64,000 nucleotides of DNA from Callorhinchus milii (lineage: Eukaryota): assembly GCF_018977255.1 (NCBI RefSeq), contig NW_024704743.1:47556001-47620000 (forward strand), given 5' to 3'. How positions within the stretch are numbered: the first letter of the stretch is position 1; each line of letters starts with the position of its first letter. Positions 63,915 through 64,000 of the stretch are shown here, one piece after another. The position numbers and the translations under genes are program-made. The notes below the pieces were generated by a model. It did no database searches. It had not been told where the DNA came from and was given only the letters and a program-made list of their open reading frames with translations.

Positions 63915-64000
63915 GCTGTTTGATAGGAAAATTAAGGCAGGATTTAGTCTGGTTCCCACTCACGTTCATAAACAACTTGAGCTTCTATCTCATGGCTTAA

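Larger units (their letters stand above)
23462..64000 (+). other. JAZF1: JAZF1 intron 1 (continues beyond window)
   Basis: GT donor at 23462. No exon encoding the expected DTDPRVLEKQE peptide was seen by eye downstream. Confidence 0.7.

Noticed and set aside
26200..64000. JAZF1 exon 2
   Set aside because: No AG-flanked segment encoding DTDPRVLEKQE was found by eye; it probably lies beyond the window.

Overview
This is vertebrate nuclear DNA, most likely from a cartilaginous fish such as a chimaera or shark (inferred from the repeat content). The only recognisable host gene is JAZF1. Its first coding exon (23347-23461, + strand, first C2H2 finger) lies in a CpG island, and intron 1 runs past the window end; exon 2 was not found. 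Most of the remainder is retroelement-derived. It includes L2 LINEs (one with an uninterrupted RT frame at the left edge), CR1 fragments and a 5'-truncated Tx1-like LINE. There are also two tRNA-derived SINE families sharing the L2 3' tail (one with a Deu domain), several LF-SINE-like copies, an unclassified ~0.8 kb repeat, and Penelope-type remnants carrying a hammerhead-ribozyme motif. A ~2.3 kb G-rich minisatellite sits just inside intron 1. No prokaryotic system or CRISPR array is present, and I found no convincing new multi-gene system. The best leads are structural: the GAGCT/G-run minisatellite, a SINE-donated in-frame upstream ATG for JAZF1, the hammerhead motif, the covarying LINE/SINE tail hairpin and a locally templated insertion. 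Repeat boundaries were read by eye and are approximate; family names come from remembered consensus sequences, not from a database search.
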